Below the pieces are notes generated by a model that saw only the letters and a list, made by a program, of their open reading frames with translations, was not told where the DNA came from and did no database searches. A program made the translations under genes and the position numbers. Positions 29,495-44,289 of a stretch of DNA of 64,000 bases are shown one piece after another; position 1 is the stretch's first letter, and every line of letters begins with the position of its first letter. The stretch is taken from assembly GCF_009914755.1 (NCBI RefSeq), contig NC_060933.1. The stretch is one strand, 5' to 3'. Origin of the DNA: the human T2T-CHM13v2.0 reference genome, Homo sapiens.

Positions 29495-29935
29495 GTCTCC
29501 ATCAGGGCCTAAGCAGGTATCAGATGACACACTCAAGCTGGGTGGTGGGGAGATTTCAATAAAGGGATTACTTACCAGGTGTGAGCAAGGTTTGGGGAAG
29601 CCAGCAAGGGCTGATACCATCCTTGGATCTGCAGGGGAGAATCATTAGCAGTCAGGCTCACCTAAAGGGCTGAGGGAGGGAATGGTTTCCAGGAACCAGA
29701 GAGCATCACTCTGCAGATACTCCACAGGAACAGACCAGAGAGTCAACTAACTACTTTTCCCTGCTCTCTGATTTTCTACTGATGCTAAACTACTGGCTGT
29801 GTCCAAATGGAAGTGCTAGAACAAGGAGCTGGTTGATGCAGTTCATACAGGTCAGCCTCCTGGGGGGACAGAACAAGGTAGTAGTGGGTCTGGGGTGGGG
29901 GAGTGGGAGAGTTTATAGAAGATACCCGGCATAGA
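29495..29935 (-). mobile_element. old LTR (LTR67/78-like)
   Basis: CAGATGACACACTCAA...TTCAATAAAGGGATTACTTAC...GATGCAGTTCATACAGGTCAGCCTCC; related fragment at ~57370-57485. Confidence 0.5.
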
Positions 29936-30479
29936 TACCACCAAGGAAGGTATAAGCACGAATTAAGTTAGTTTGTAAAAACCTGCCCGTGCCTGACACA
30001 CAATAGGAGTTCAGTAAACATTAATTCCCCTAAACCCTCCCCACTCCCCACCTCTCACTGAGAAACCCACAATCTTGCAGCCACAGTCCCTGCCCCACAT
30101 TCAGTAGAGATCTCCAGATACAAACTTGCACACACGCATAATGCTCGCTTTCTATGTCAGGCTTTCTATTTATGTGTGGTTGATTTTTAGGTTTTGGCTT
30201 AAGTGTTTATTCACTCTACATGCCTTAGTGGAGCTTTTAGCAATCAAACTTCAGCCTGTTCTTCCCAAACTTTACCTGGCCCATCGGATACTGGCACTAA
30301 ATTAGTGGTTAATTTCTAATTAATTTGCCTGCTTTGAGGGATAGATGTATTAGCATCAAGTTTTGACAATTCCCAAAAATAATTAAATATCCCTAGAGAA
30401 AAAGGAAGGGAAGATTCAGGACCCGTAGTTCCTAAAAGGATTTGAACACCACTTACAATAGAGCAAATTTCCAGATAGC

Positions 30480-30890
30480 TCCAGGAGCTTAATCTTTGGA
30501 AGCAGGAGTTTCTTTGTTTACAAACAAGCAGGCGTTTGTTAGCCAGTGCAACAATAAACCTCTGCTCTCTGGTCAGCCATTTTCATTAAATTATTCTTAA
30601 AGACCACCAATAAAAGGTGCCAATCATTCTACTTAACTATGTGGCTAACCATCTATTATTAACCAGAGCACATACTTCTGGAATAACAAATGGGGTCGCA
30701 AAGATCTGAGCTCGATAAGCCCTATAATGAGATAACTCCCGGGCCTGGTATCATGTGATAAATGGGATGATTGATCAGAACTGCACAGGAGAGACTGACG
30801 TCCTCTCTGCGCTCTCCCTCCTCTTTCCCTCCCTCCCTGTGGTTTAGCTCTACTAAAAAATGCTAAATAGAGATATATATATTTCATATA
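30480..30890. promoter_or_regulatory. candidate enhancer with a dense TF motif cluster
   Basis: FOX TGTTTAC 30515, CCAATAAAA 30607, three GATA sites 30714-30761, PBX-type TGATTGAT 30768, CRE-like TGACGTC 30796; several retained CpGs; repeat-free. Confidence 0.4.
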
Positions 30891-31733
30891 AGAAATACGC
30901 AAATAAGCCTTTTTTATTAAATGCATATTTGCTAGAGGTTAAACCCTGGTATCCTGCAAAAATCAAGAGAAGAAAACTTGCTGAGTGTTTCTGCCATGTC
31001 ATTTTCCAGCCATATTTAACAGAGAGAGATTTCTGGCAGGACTAAGTGCAGCAATTAGATTGGAAATTTAGGTCATCTTTATAATTATGTTCAGATGTGA
31101 TTGGAAAAATATCTCGGGAGCCATAGATGTTTTGGTTAAAAGCTTATTTCAGAATGCAGGTGAAAAGGCAAAATCTGGTCTCCTATGTAATTAAATCCCT
31201 GTACAACCTGGATGAGACATTTTATGGGCTAAAGTAGCAGCAGCAAAAATGCTTGATTTGAACACACCCCAACAGAAGAAACTACCTTATCTTTTTTGCC
31301 CTGCTTAATAGCAAACTACATATAGCACAGCTTTCTTGGCATAATCTCTTGGTCATTTGGTGTGGAGACCTCAGTGTGCTTTATCAACATTAGCCTGCTA
31401 ATCCCAGCAGGAACCTGAGGGGGTTGGCAGGCTGCCCATTAATGTCATTTCAGGTGAATTCATAGATAACTGCAAATTTTAGTCTCTGCTTTAGAGCCAA
31501 AGAAAGGAAGTTCTCACCCCTCTCCAAACAGTGGGTATCAATGTATTATCACTAGGGCATCAGTGATGTTCCTGCCTGGTATCTGGGCCTAGAAAAAATG
31601 GAAGGCTGAGTGTCCAGGTGTCTCTGACCCCATGAGGAAGAGGAGTGAGCTGGAGTAGGGATGGGCTGATTCTTCCAAGGGGAGTTTTTTTGAGGAGTGC
31701 ATCTATCTAGAAAACAACTATCTCCCAGTAGAC

Positions 31734-31903
31734 CAGTGGTTCACAGCTTTGCCTGCACATTGAAATCCCTTGAGACACCCTAGCAATCACTGGGTCTCAC
31801 CTTCAGGAATTTTGATTTAATTGGCCTGGGTTGTTGGCTTCAGGCCAGCGAGTTTCTAAAACACAAGAGGTGATTCTAATACAGAGCCAAGGTTGAAAAC
31901 CAC
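31734..31903. mobile_element. MER5-family MITE
   Basis: CAGTGGTTC...GCACATTGAAATC...GGTGATTCTAATACAGAGCCAAGGTTGAAAACCACT. Confidence 0.75.
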
Positions 31904-32051
31904 TACTAAAGTCAGGAGTTTCACTAGGAACCACTACTTTCAGGTGCTTTTTCTGCTTTGGAAAGATCCAGTTTTGCTAGTGAACAGAAAGTTATTTGAT
32001 CCAATCTTTATGGTGGTATCATTTACTCCTGACTACCTTGTGCCTTGCACA

Positions 32052-32332
32052 CTGGTGTTTTTCAGACTGTGGGTGGTGGCTTACTGGGAAGTGATGAAAT
32101 AGATTTAGATCATTGCAACTGGCACATTTTGTTTTAAAAATAAATACAATAGAATTGGAAACATCTGAGTCCATTATAGATAATTATTTTGTAATAATTG
32201 CTTTGTAATATTACAGAAATTGTTTTGTAAAATATTTCTTTGTGTGTGTGCACACGTTGTGAACTTGTACTGGATCTTGATGTAAACTGTTTATCTTAAT
32301 GAAGATCATGGTTTAAAAAAGTATAAAACTGC
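32052..32332. mobile_element. hAT-Charlie-type MITE
   Basis: GTGTTTTTCAGACTGTGGGT...GATGAAATAGATTTAG...GATGTAAA...AAAAAAGT; subfamily not assigned. Confidence 0.5.
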
Positions 32333-33565
32333 CTTTACTAATGCTAATACTTTAGAATGTATCTCTTCCGTTTTATATAAGAAATCTGGGGCTCTGGACG
32401 CTACTTTGGGCTCAGACAACTTATGAAAACAGAACACACAGTCTTAAAATAGAATGTAGACCTAAAACACCTAAAAACACTTACCTTTGTAAGATTGTAA
32501 CAAAAATTAATACAAATGGAGTTGATAGCTCTAATGTAGTGGTGGACCCAAAAGCCATATTAGTACTAGCAAAAGGGCAGAATTCACACAGTATCATAGT
32601 TGTTCTGCAAGAGCTTTGGCACCTAGTCATGTCCAAAGCAGATATAAAACTCCCTCAGCCACCTGAAGGACAGTGTTGCAGCAATTCATCAAAAAGAAAA
32701 ACCACAGGCCCTTCTTTCCTTCCATTCGATTTAACTGGTCTTCATTTTCCACAGTAGTAAACGTTCTAGATGCCTCTTGTAGACCTCAAAGTATGGGAAA
32801 GGAAGCTTCTAGTCAAAGGTTTTTTATCTTAAGATACTATAAATGATGCTAATTTTTAGTCCACTTGAAATATGTAAGTTGTGCTATAACAAATCATTCT
32901 GTCACGTGACCACTTTCCATGTAGTTGAACTGATCGAGAAAGTATATTTGAATTGATTCCCATCATAACCAGGGAGGCACATCTAACTCAGTGGTGAAAA
33001 GGTGCATCACACATTTGCCTTGCTGCTGGTTATGTGGTCTGGGATCTCTGCCTTCTCTCGTTTTCCTCCCCTGCCTCCCACCCTCCCTGCAGCAGCCCTC
33101 AAGCCTGGGGGCTTTTTAGAATAGATGTGAAGTTTTCAACCTGTGGACCTGCTGCCTGTGGAGGTGCTTTGCCTGCACCCCTTGTTTCTTGAGTCTTTAA
33201 TGATGCCTTTGTCCAAGCCATAGCCCTGTCTCTACACTCCTCCACTCCCGCGCTGGGCTGAGGCACCGATGATAAACCCTGAGGCTGGCCTTTGGTGAGG
33301 AATTTGGGGCTTTCCCCATATCTTCTCTCTGCACCTTTTTCAAGGGGTGCTGCTTTTTCCTCTCTCCTGCTCAAGTTCCCTTTTGCATCGTCACCACCCA
33401 ACACTTTCCATGACACTTCCTTGCTGTGGCCAGAAGCCCACCAGGCAAGGTTGGAAAGAACCTCTGACTTCTCTTGTTTAGTTTTGGAACCACATTTATT
33501 CACTCTTGCTCAGCCTGGGATGCGAATATAGGGCCCTGCCACCCTCTGCCGGCATCATCAGCCAA

Positions 33566-35630
<2,065 letters not shown>

Positions 35631-35907
35631 TGTTTGCAAGTGCCTTTCTGTGGCCTTTTCCAGGTTTAGCCACCAGAGACTCTGAGAGCCAGCAAGTCTG
35701 AGTAACCCAGTGACTCTGCTTTCCTTTCATCACAACACAAGCTAAAAAACACATTGGTTCCATATTTAAACCATATTTAAACCAATGTGTTTTTTAGCTC
35801 GTGTTGTGATGAAGGGAAAACATAGTCACCGGGTTACTCAGACTTGCCAGCTTCAGAGTCTCTGGTGGCTAAACCTGGAAAAGGCCACACAAAGACACTT
35901 GTAAACA
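35631..35907. repeat. ~128-bp-arm palindrome with a 20-nt spacer
   Basis: 35631-35759 is the diverged reverse complement of 35780-35907. Confidence 0.93.
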
Positions 35908-36522
35908 TGCACCACCTTTCTGAATTGCTTTCATTCCCTATCATTGTTTTTGCTTTTAGAAATTGAAGAAGTTTTAAACAGGACTCTCAGTTGGTTGTTC
36001 TTGCCATCCATTTGGGTCCATTCAGAATCTGACAACTGGCACAAAAAGAACCTTGAATTGAGCACATACTCTACTTTGGTTTTGGTGCTGCTGCTTCTCA
36101 CAGTTTCAGCAGGGATTAAGAAAGAACTTAGTGTGCCCAGCAGATCCCCAAAATTGGCCAGCTTGACTTCCTAGCAAATTGCTGAATTTTTCCACTTTCT
36201 GTTCAGGACCACTAAATGCTGAAATATGAATGTGTATCAAAATGACAGCAATTCATTGTATTCTAAAAAAAAAAGTAAAGAAATCTGGGACTCTGAAAGA
36301 TTTCACAACTTTCTCCACATTCACCCAGATATACCAAGTGATGACTCACAGTCAAATCAGGCCCCTGTGTCTCCAAGGCCCAAGCTCCCTTTGTTACCCA
36401 TGATGTATTTCTATCATCCAAGACCCAGGCTTACACCAATGTCATTGGCATAGCCTCAAGTCTTTGCTCTCCTTAATGCACCAACTAGAAAGACAGCCAG
36501 CTAAGAGAACAAAGTAAAGTTC

Positions 36523-36569
36523 AAAAAAGAAAAAGAAAGAAAAGAAAAAAGAAAAGAAAAGAAAAGAAA
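36523..36569 (+). repeat. (GAAAA)n simple repeat
   Basis: Read directly. Confidence 0.9.
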
Positions 36570-36904
36570 CCTAAAGGCCTCTTCCCTTCACATATCTACC
36601 AAAGCAAAGAAGGCTCACTTGCTCCCCTTCCAGAGTTTCTCAGCCTTCAACATGCAATGCTTTCTCTGCTGCAACTTAGCCCCTCCTCTGCCTATCAACA
36701 AGATGTTGAAGAGAAGTTATATTGTCCTGCTTGTAATGACCATGTATGTTCTTGCAGAGGCTTCTTGGGTCACACCCAAAGTGAACAGATTCATTGCATA
36801 TCAAAGTGGTAACAGCACACTCCCTCTTGCAGAAGCACGAGCCTCCTGCAACACATTCAAACCCAAATGAAGAACCCTGAGTGTACTAAGGAGTGCTTAG
36901 ATTT

Positions 36905-38970
36905 AAGTAAATGTTATTGAAGTATCACCTACATGCAGGAAACAGCATAAGCCGAAAGGGTACCATGCAATGAATTTTCACAAACTGAATGTATTCTATT
37001 AACATTACCCACATCAAGAGAGAAATACAGTAGCGGCAGCCCCAGAAACCTCTCGCTTACATTCTCTTTCCGTGTCACTACCTCCCACCAAAAGTAAACA
37101 CCACCCTGACTTCTAACCATACTTCTGCCTACATAAAATTGAATGTTTTTATGTATGTACGTTATATGTATTTAAGTTAAATTATGCTATTTTTACTCTT
37201 TTGTGTTGAGCTCCTTACATTCAATATTGTATTTGAGAGGTTCATTCACACTATTGTGTGTACATATAATTTATTCAATTCCATTAATGTTTGGTATTCT
37301 ATTGTATTAATGTATAGCAACTGATTGACCTATTTTCCTATTATGGCCACTTGGATATTTTCCAATTTGAGGCTACAAACATTCCATTTCTACTATGAAT
37401 ATTCTACTATACATCTTTTAGTGAATGTATGTTCACATTTCTGTCAGTTATTTACTAGGAACAGAACTATTGGGTCAAAGGCATGCATATGTTTTTCGGC
37501 TTTAACAGGGCCTGCAAAAGAAGTTTTCAATGTTGTACATTTTACCTTCCTACCAGCAGTATAAAAAGAATTCAGTTGTTCCACATCTTCACCAAAGTTG
37601 ATATTTATTATCTTCTTCATTTTAGCTATCCTGTGTGTGTGTGTTTGAGAGAGAGAGAAGCCTGTTTAGTCTTTGTCATAGCTTTAAAATCAATTTTATT
37701 GACATAGGCATGGGCAAGGACTTCATGTCCAAAACACCAAAAGCAATGGCAACAAAAGACAAAATTGACAAATGGGATCTAATTAAACTAAAGAGCTTCT
37801 GCACAGCAAAAGAAACTACCATCAGAGTGAACAGGCAACCTACAAAATGGGAGAAAATTTTCGCAACCTACTCATCTGACAAAGGGCTAATATCCAGAAT
37901 CTACAATGAACACCAACAAATTTACAAGAAAAAAACAAACAACCCCATCAAAAAGGGGGCGAAGGACATGAACAGACACTTCTCAAAAGAAGACATTTAT
38001 GCAGCCAAAAAACACATGAAAAAAATGCTCATCATCACTGGCCATCAGAGAAATGCAAATCAAAACCACTATGAGATACCATCTCACACCAGTTAGAATG
38101 GCAATCATTAAAAAGTCAGGAAACAACAGGTGCTGGAGAGGATGTGGAGAAATAGGAACACTTTTACACTGTTGGTGGGACTGTAAACTAGTTCAACCAT
38201 TGTGGAAGTCAGTGTGGCGATTCCTCAGGGATCTAGAACTAGAAATACCATTTGACCCAGCCATCCCATTACTGGGTATATACCCAAAGGACTATAAATC
38301 ATGCTGCTATAAAGACACATGCACACGTATGTTTATTGCGGCATTATTCACAATAGCAAAGACTTGGAACCAACCCAAATGTCCAACAGTGATAGACTGG
38401 ATTAAGAAAATGTGGCACATATACACCATGGAATACTATGCAGCCATAAAAAATGATGAGTTCATGTCCTTTGTAGGGACATGGATGAAATTGGAAATCA
38501 TCATTCTCAGTAAACTATCGCAAGAACAAAAAACCAAACACCGCATATTCTCACTCATAGGTGGGAATTGAACAATGAGATCACATGGACACAGGAAGGG
38601 GAATATCACACTCTGGGGACTGTGGTGGGGTGGGGGGAGGGGGAGGGATAGCATTGGGAGATATACCTAATGCTAGATGACGAGTTAGTGGGTGCAGCGC
38701 ACCAGCATGGCACATGTATACATATGTAACTAACCTGCACAATGTGCACATGTACCCTAAAACTTAAAGTATAATAAAAAAAAAAGAAAAAAATAAAATA
38801 AAATAAAATATTTAAAAAAATCAATTTTATTGAGGTACAATGTACATATAAGAAATGGAAACCATCTAAAATACATGATTTGATGAGCTTTGAGAGATGT
38901 ATACACCCATAAAGTCACTGCCACAATCAACCAGATAGTTCCGTATCTCAAAAGTTTTCTCATGTTCCTT
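36905..38970 (-). mobile_element. old L1M(E) antisense fragments flanking the L1PA2
   Basis: TTTATTGAAGTAT...; GAGAGGTTCATTCA...; TTTTATTGAGGTACAATGTACATA. Confidence 0.6.
37703..38816 (+). mobile_element. 5'-truncated L1PA2-type element (non-Ta)
   Basis: Near-consensus ORF2 C-terminus (ORF 38053-38571); 3'UTR diagnostic GATGAC-GAG-TTAG rather than ACA/ACG; perfect 17-bp TSD AAAATCAATTTTATTGA at 37686-37702 and 38817-38833. Confidence 0.95.
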
Positions 38971-39529
38971 CTGTATTTTCTGAGAGAGGCTCTGGAAGAA
39001 GAAAGGGCTTCTTTCCCTGGTCCCAGGGTACCTCACTTACCAGTCTCCAGTGAAGCATGTTTCTGAAATTCTTCACTGCTAGACAATGCAGATTCTTCAG
39101 TGCAGCCTACAATGACAGGCTCCTGTAGGGCATAATTTTCCCCAGCTCTCGATGAAGGCAGCATTGGCAAGAGACCCAGATAGCATAGCATTAATTGTAT
39201 TTAATTTTAATTGATTAAAACTTAAAAGTATTCACATACAGCTAGTGGCTACCTTATTGCACAATGCAGGCTTAGATTTTACTAGAAATTTCTTTCAGAA
39301 CTGGGGCAGGCTAGAGTCATGTTGATGTTTCCCCCCGTGACACAAATGACTTTCATGGACCCCACGTTTCTCAGGGGCAGGTTCTTGACTTATTCAGGAC
39401 TTTTCACTCTACTTTTTTAATCCAGAAAACAAACGCTGCACCCAAATAATCTGTGGACCATCCCTCTCCCTGCCAAATCTTATTAGTAATACACTTGTGG
39501 CAAGTCCTTGATTCTGTCTGTGCTTTTGG

Positions 39530-40990
39530 TTTAAGCGTCGAGGTTTGGGAATCAGACAGACTAGATGAATTTCCTCGGCAGCTCTCCTCATCTGTGTTAC
39601 TGTGAGCAGAGCCCTCATCCTGCTCAGATCTAACTTCCTTGTCTGCAAGAACAGGGTCATAATATCTATTTCATGAGTGTCTGACACATCCTAAACCCTC
39701 AATAAATGTGTCGTTGCCCACACTTCTTGACCTGTTGAATGGTGCTAAGAAACACCTGCATCCTACAGGGTTTTATTGTCATGCAAACCCTTTGGGAAGA
39801 GCAGAGCATTATAAAAAATGTCAAGTGTTGTTCCCTGAGTTAAAACAAGTAGGAAAAGCAAGAGCAACTTCCACCAGTCAAGGCCACTGAAATAAAATAC
39901 ATGTCAGCCTTAGGTAAGCTTTATCTTTCCAAAGCCACTGATAACTACTTTTGCTAAGAGCCATCAGCAGAGTGTCTGCTTTCTTGCCAGGAGGAGAAAC
40001 AAAGACTTTGATCTGATCCATGATAGAACACATTCCTTTCTGTTTTGACTCTTCATTTGCAGGAGGCCCAGGACAGGGATGCTGTTTGCTCAGATCTCAT
40101 GGTAAGTTCCCTCCCACTGGGGCAGATGGGGTTTACGCTGGGGAGAAGAGGTCTGAGAGCTATGTCTACCTTAAAGCTTTCTCCCTGTACAGCAGGTCCT
40201 AATCAGGTGCTGGGGGAGGAGGAAGGAGGAATCCCAAGGCATGGGAGATGGCAGATGGATGCCCTGAGTATCAGCTATTGGCCAGTCATTCGTCAGGAGC
40301 TTTATTAATGATACTGCTCACTGTTCAATGGAACACAGGCCAGAAACTGTTACACCATTTAACTTCCACACAAGAAATGACATTATCGTGCCTATTTACA
40401 GACAAAGGATCTAAGATTTGAAAAGGAAAAAAACTTACCCGAGGTCTCATCGCTAGCTGAGATTTGTACCTATGTCATTATGGCTCCATAATGTATGCCC
40501 TTTACCATGAAGTAACATTACCCCTGCAGCCACATGCTTTTCTACTGAATGCTCATGGACTCATGAGGTAGATGTTCTTGCCTTTCATAGATGGAAAACA
40601 GACTTAAGAGTTGAAATAAATTTTCACAAGAGTTGAAATAAATTTTCACAAATTTACAGATCTGGAATCCTGGTAGTAGAACTAAAACTCGTACTCAGGT
40701 ACATTGATTTTTTTAAAAATTCCATATACAGAACTCTTTCCATCATTTTACATAGTAATAACCAAGATAATAATACTAACATTATCATGTGTCAGGCACA
40801 GTTCTATGCATTTTATATGTCGTAATGCATTTTATCCTCACACAAAACCATAGAATATTTTTGCAATATCATCTTCATTTACAGACCATAAAACTGAAGC
40901 ACAGAATGATTAAGTACTTTCCAAAGTTGCAAAGTAAATAAGTAGAGAAGTTGTGATTTGAACCGGAGCAATGTGTCTCCAGAGCTACTT
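39530..40990. mobile_element. cluster of MIR fragments
   Basis: Several MIR cores, e.g. CATTTACAGACCATAAAACTGAAGCACAGAATGATTAAGTAC and GATTTGAACC. Confidence 0.6.
40606..40649 (+). repeat. perfect 22-bp tandem duplication
   Basis: AAGAGTTGAAATAAATTTTCAC x2. Confidence 0.95.
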
Positions 40991-43119
40991 TTTAATCGTT
41001 TTGTTAGAGGCAACCCCAATGTCAAGATATCTCTGCCCCTGGTGGGTGGCCTTTGGGACTACCCTAATGCATCTGGGCAGGATGAAAAGCCACAGGGTGA
41101 AATGAACACCAGAAGAAAGGCATAGAAAAAAAAGACAATTTCAAGTGACAGAGCTTTGAGAAGAGCAGCAAGTTAGCTAAGAAGGATTGTCATGGTTGTT
41201 TATGGTCCTCAAAATCGCTTTGATTCTAACACACAAGAAGACCAGCCTTGCTCTATCCACAGTGGAAATCACCCGAGTCTAGAATTGACATGAGAAGTTG
41301 ATTTATTTTCATTGTTTGTTACAGCAATTCAGTGCAATTTATTTAGGACCACTGTCTCTCACTCAGAGGGAAACTCATAATGCAAACACATTAATCTTGG
41401 GAGACAGTATCTTGGATACCAGCAGTTAGGATAATTAGATTGTTACTCTCAGCATGCAGTGCCTGTTCATAAGCAACAAAGAAGCTTATCAGATTCTAAT
41501 AATCCTTAATGTATATTATACAAATTACTGAATACAATGACATTCACATTTGCAAAGAAAATTCCATAACCTAGGCTCTCCTTTGCTATGTGAAAGTCCA
41601 ATCTGTATTTTCCTTTCATAACTGAAAGCGATTTATCTCAGCAGTAACCCGACTAGAACATTTTCTATTGATTCTCTAAAGGCTCTTCATTAAGGAAAAT
41701 CTGAAAATAAAAACCAGGGGCACTGTGACCCTGAGATCATCCAGGCTTGGACCCAAAGTCATGACCCATCAAATACAGTGGGTATCTTTCTACTGGTTAA
41801 TATTAGTTGAACCCTTCAGACACCTAGTAACTTTTAACCGATAGTATCCTTTCTCAAGATTCTGAGTTAAGAGACCTCAAGCTCCTCAGAAAAGGATGAT
41901 AAGGAGGCCATGGTGCAAACCCTGAAGCTTAAACCACCCTCCTAGTTCAATGCGATGAATTCCCTGGGATTGGTGGCTCTCCTGCTACATCCCCTTGTGA
42001 ATTCCAAGATGTAACTCTGTCTCTGACATGGACGGTAGACTACATGTTCAGATAGAGATGCTCAGACAAAGTTACTAAGCCAGACGGTCAAGCTGTCATG
42101 GGTATAAAAATCATCAGATGCCCACAAACATCTATGGCGACTCAAAGATTCTGGGAGTGATGCCCCATTCATTGGTACTTCTGCCCCTGACCTGGATTCT
42201 ACATTGTTGAACTCCAGGCTACCACCTTGATTGAACGGTTCTGACCCACACTTTTTGTGCTGTGAGTTACGTCACTCTCTCCCCTGTGGCCTGAAATCAT
42301 TGCCTTTACCACCATTAATATCACCCATCTTCGACCTCAGACAGGCATCACAAGGGTATAGAATTCCAGGCTGCTTTTTGATCAATTATTATTTTTACCT
42401 AACTCAGTGGCTTTTTGTACAATGTTTCATTGAGTCCTCCATGAACCAGAAAGCTCTGGAAAATCCTGTGGCCCCAAAGACTTGCCTCAGCTGCTGTCTT
42501 TGGACAAGTACAGGCAAGGAAGGCAAAGTGGGTAAGACTCCAGGCCCCCACCCAGTCTCCATCAGGGGTCCATTTTCAACTGAATTGTCTCAGGTTGTGT
42601 TTGAACAAAAGGCCTTGCTGTTATAATGAAATGCTTGATGACACCAATCTAAGGGAAAGGCAAGGCTTGAGGGAGTTAAAGCTGTTTTACACGCTCATTC
42701 TGAGAGCACTACTCTCAGGCTTCAGCTTCTCCTTGTGCGTTTGCATCCAAATGTGAAGTTATTAATAGTCTTTCCTCTCTCTTGTCATTGTTACATGTGT
42801 TAATTGGTCTTCTTCTCTGTACTGTCTCAAAACAAGATACATTTATCTCTGCTGTGAGCACAGAACCCATTATTCTCAGTCCCAGATTGGTCAATTCTGT
42901 GGGCCTCCTTTTCCTAAACTTTAAGAAGATTATAACAATATTTAACTCATACATTTGTCATAAGAATTGGGGCAGATAATGTGTATAAAACCGTCAGGTT
43001 GAACGTTCACTTTATAGGCATTTTAACTCACTAGTGCCTTGTCCCTGTGTAACAGGTATCTCCCCTCTTGACCAAGCTGTTTTAGGGCAAGAAATGGACC
43101 TCAGTAACAGTTTAATGGA

Positions 43120-43640
43120 CATAAGTAACATTTATTGAGTACTATGTGCAGGGTATGGGCTGCAGCATTTTACATTTCCTATCTCATTTAATCCTCATGA
43201 GAAATCTATGAGATAAGTTACATTTATTAACCCTGTTTTGAAAATGAGCAAATCGAGGTTCAGAAAGGAGATGCAACATGCCCATGGTAACATGGGTTAA
43301 ATAAAATTGGGATTCAACCCAGGTTGGGTGGCTCCTGAACCTAAGCCCTTGCCTTACTACTGTATTGCCTGCAACAACAATCAATTTAATTGATCCCTAA
43401 ATATTTGTTGTGTGTTGGAGGTCCAGCCCACAGTGCCCTTCTTGTCTAAGATTTTTCCATCCCACAATGGTTTTTCCTCCCTCTGGACTCCCACATGCAC
43501 TGCCAGTGTTTCTCATTAAGTAGCTAATCACTTTCATATTCCCATGCTTTGTGTGCCTCCCACCCACCCCACCACTGACTAACTTGTAAAGCTCCTGGCC
43601 TGGCACATAGTAGCAACTAAATAAATATCTATCAACCAGA
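43120..43640. mobile_element. MIR (-) followed by an L2 3' end (+)
   Basis: ACATTTATTGAGTACTATGTG...TCTCATTTAATCCTCA; GCCTGGCACATAGTAG...AATAAATAT. Confidence 0.65.
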
Positions 43641-44289
43641 CAATGATTGACATGATGTCATTTGTTATGAAATCTATAAGTCTGAATACTGATGATGAAA
43701 ACAGTAGCATTCATTCATTATTTTATTTAACCTTATGAAGTACTTACAATAACTCAGACAACCCAGGAAAATGTTTGAATTTTGAAATGGGAAAAAAGTT
43801 TTGATTTCTAGATGTCTTCTCTAGCACACCCTTTGGGGTCTTCTCTGCATTTTATAGACTGAGCTGTTTTACAATGCTGTAAATTGAAGAATTTACAATA
43901 ATTGATAATGCAAATGATTCTTGCCCATAGAAATGCAAAAAAATTATGTCTGTGAATTGTGCTTGATTATTGTCCTGAGGACAGACTAGTTTTACATTTA
44001 TTTGGAAGTTCATTTTATCATTCCTTTTTGCCCATGTATTTCTTTCTTTGACTTTCCCTTTGAACTTATATCATCTTACTAGTTCCCTCATTAATCAAGG
44101 AATTAAATAATGCCTCTGTATATGTTCATTTTATATTTGTATAAGGTTTACAAGTTTGCCCTTTTTAAAAAGTACCCTTTTATATACATCATAGAGTGCT
44201 CAAAATTAAACATGTCTATCCAAGGTGCAAACTAAGTATGTAAATTTCTAAACACAAATCTAAATTCTATCCCTTAGCTATAAATTTCT

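Noticed and set aside
33099-33503. 134-aa minus-strand ORF with KEVSWKVLGG, superficially like La/SSB
   Set aside because: It is the antisense reading of the UBE2V1 3'UTR; the similarity is limited to a few residues.
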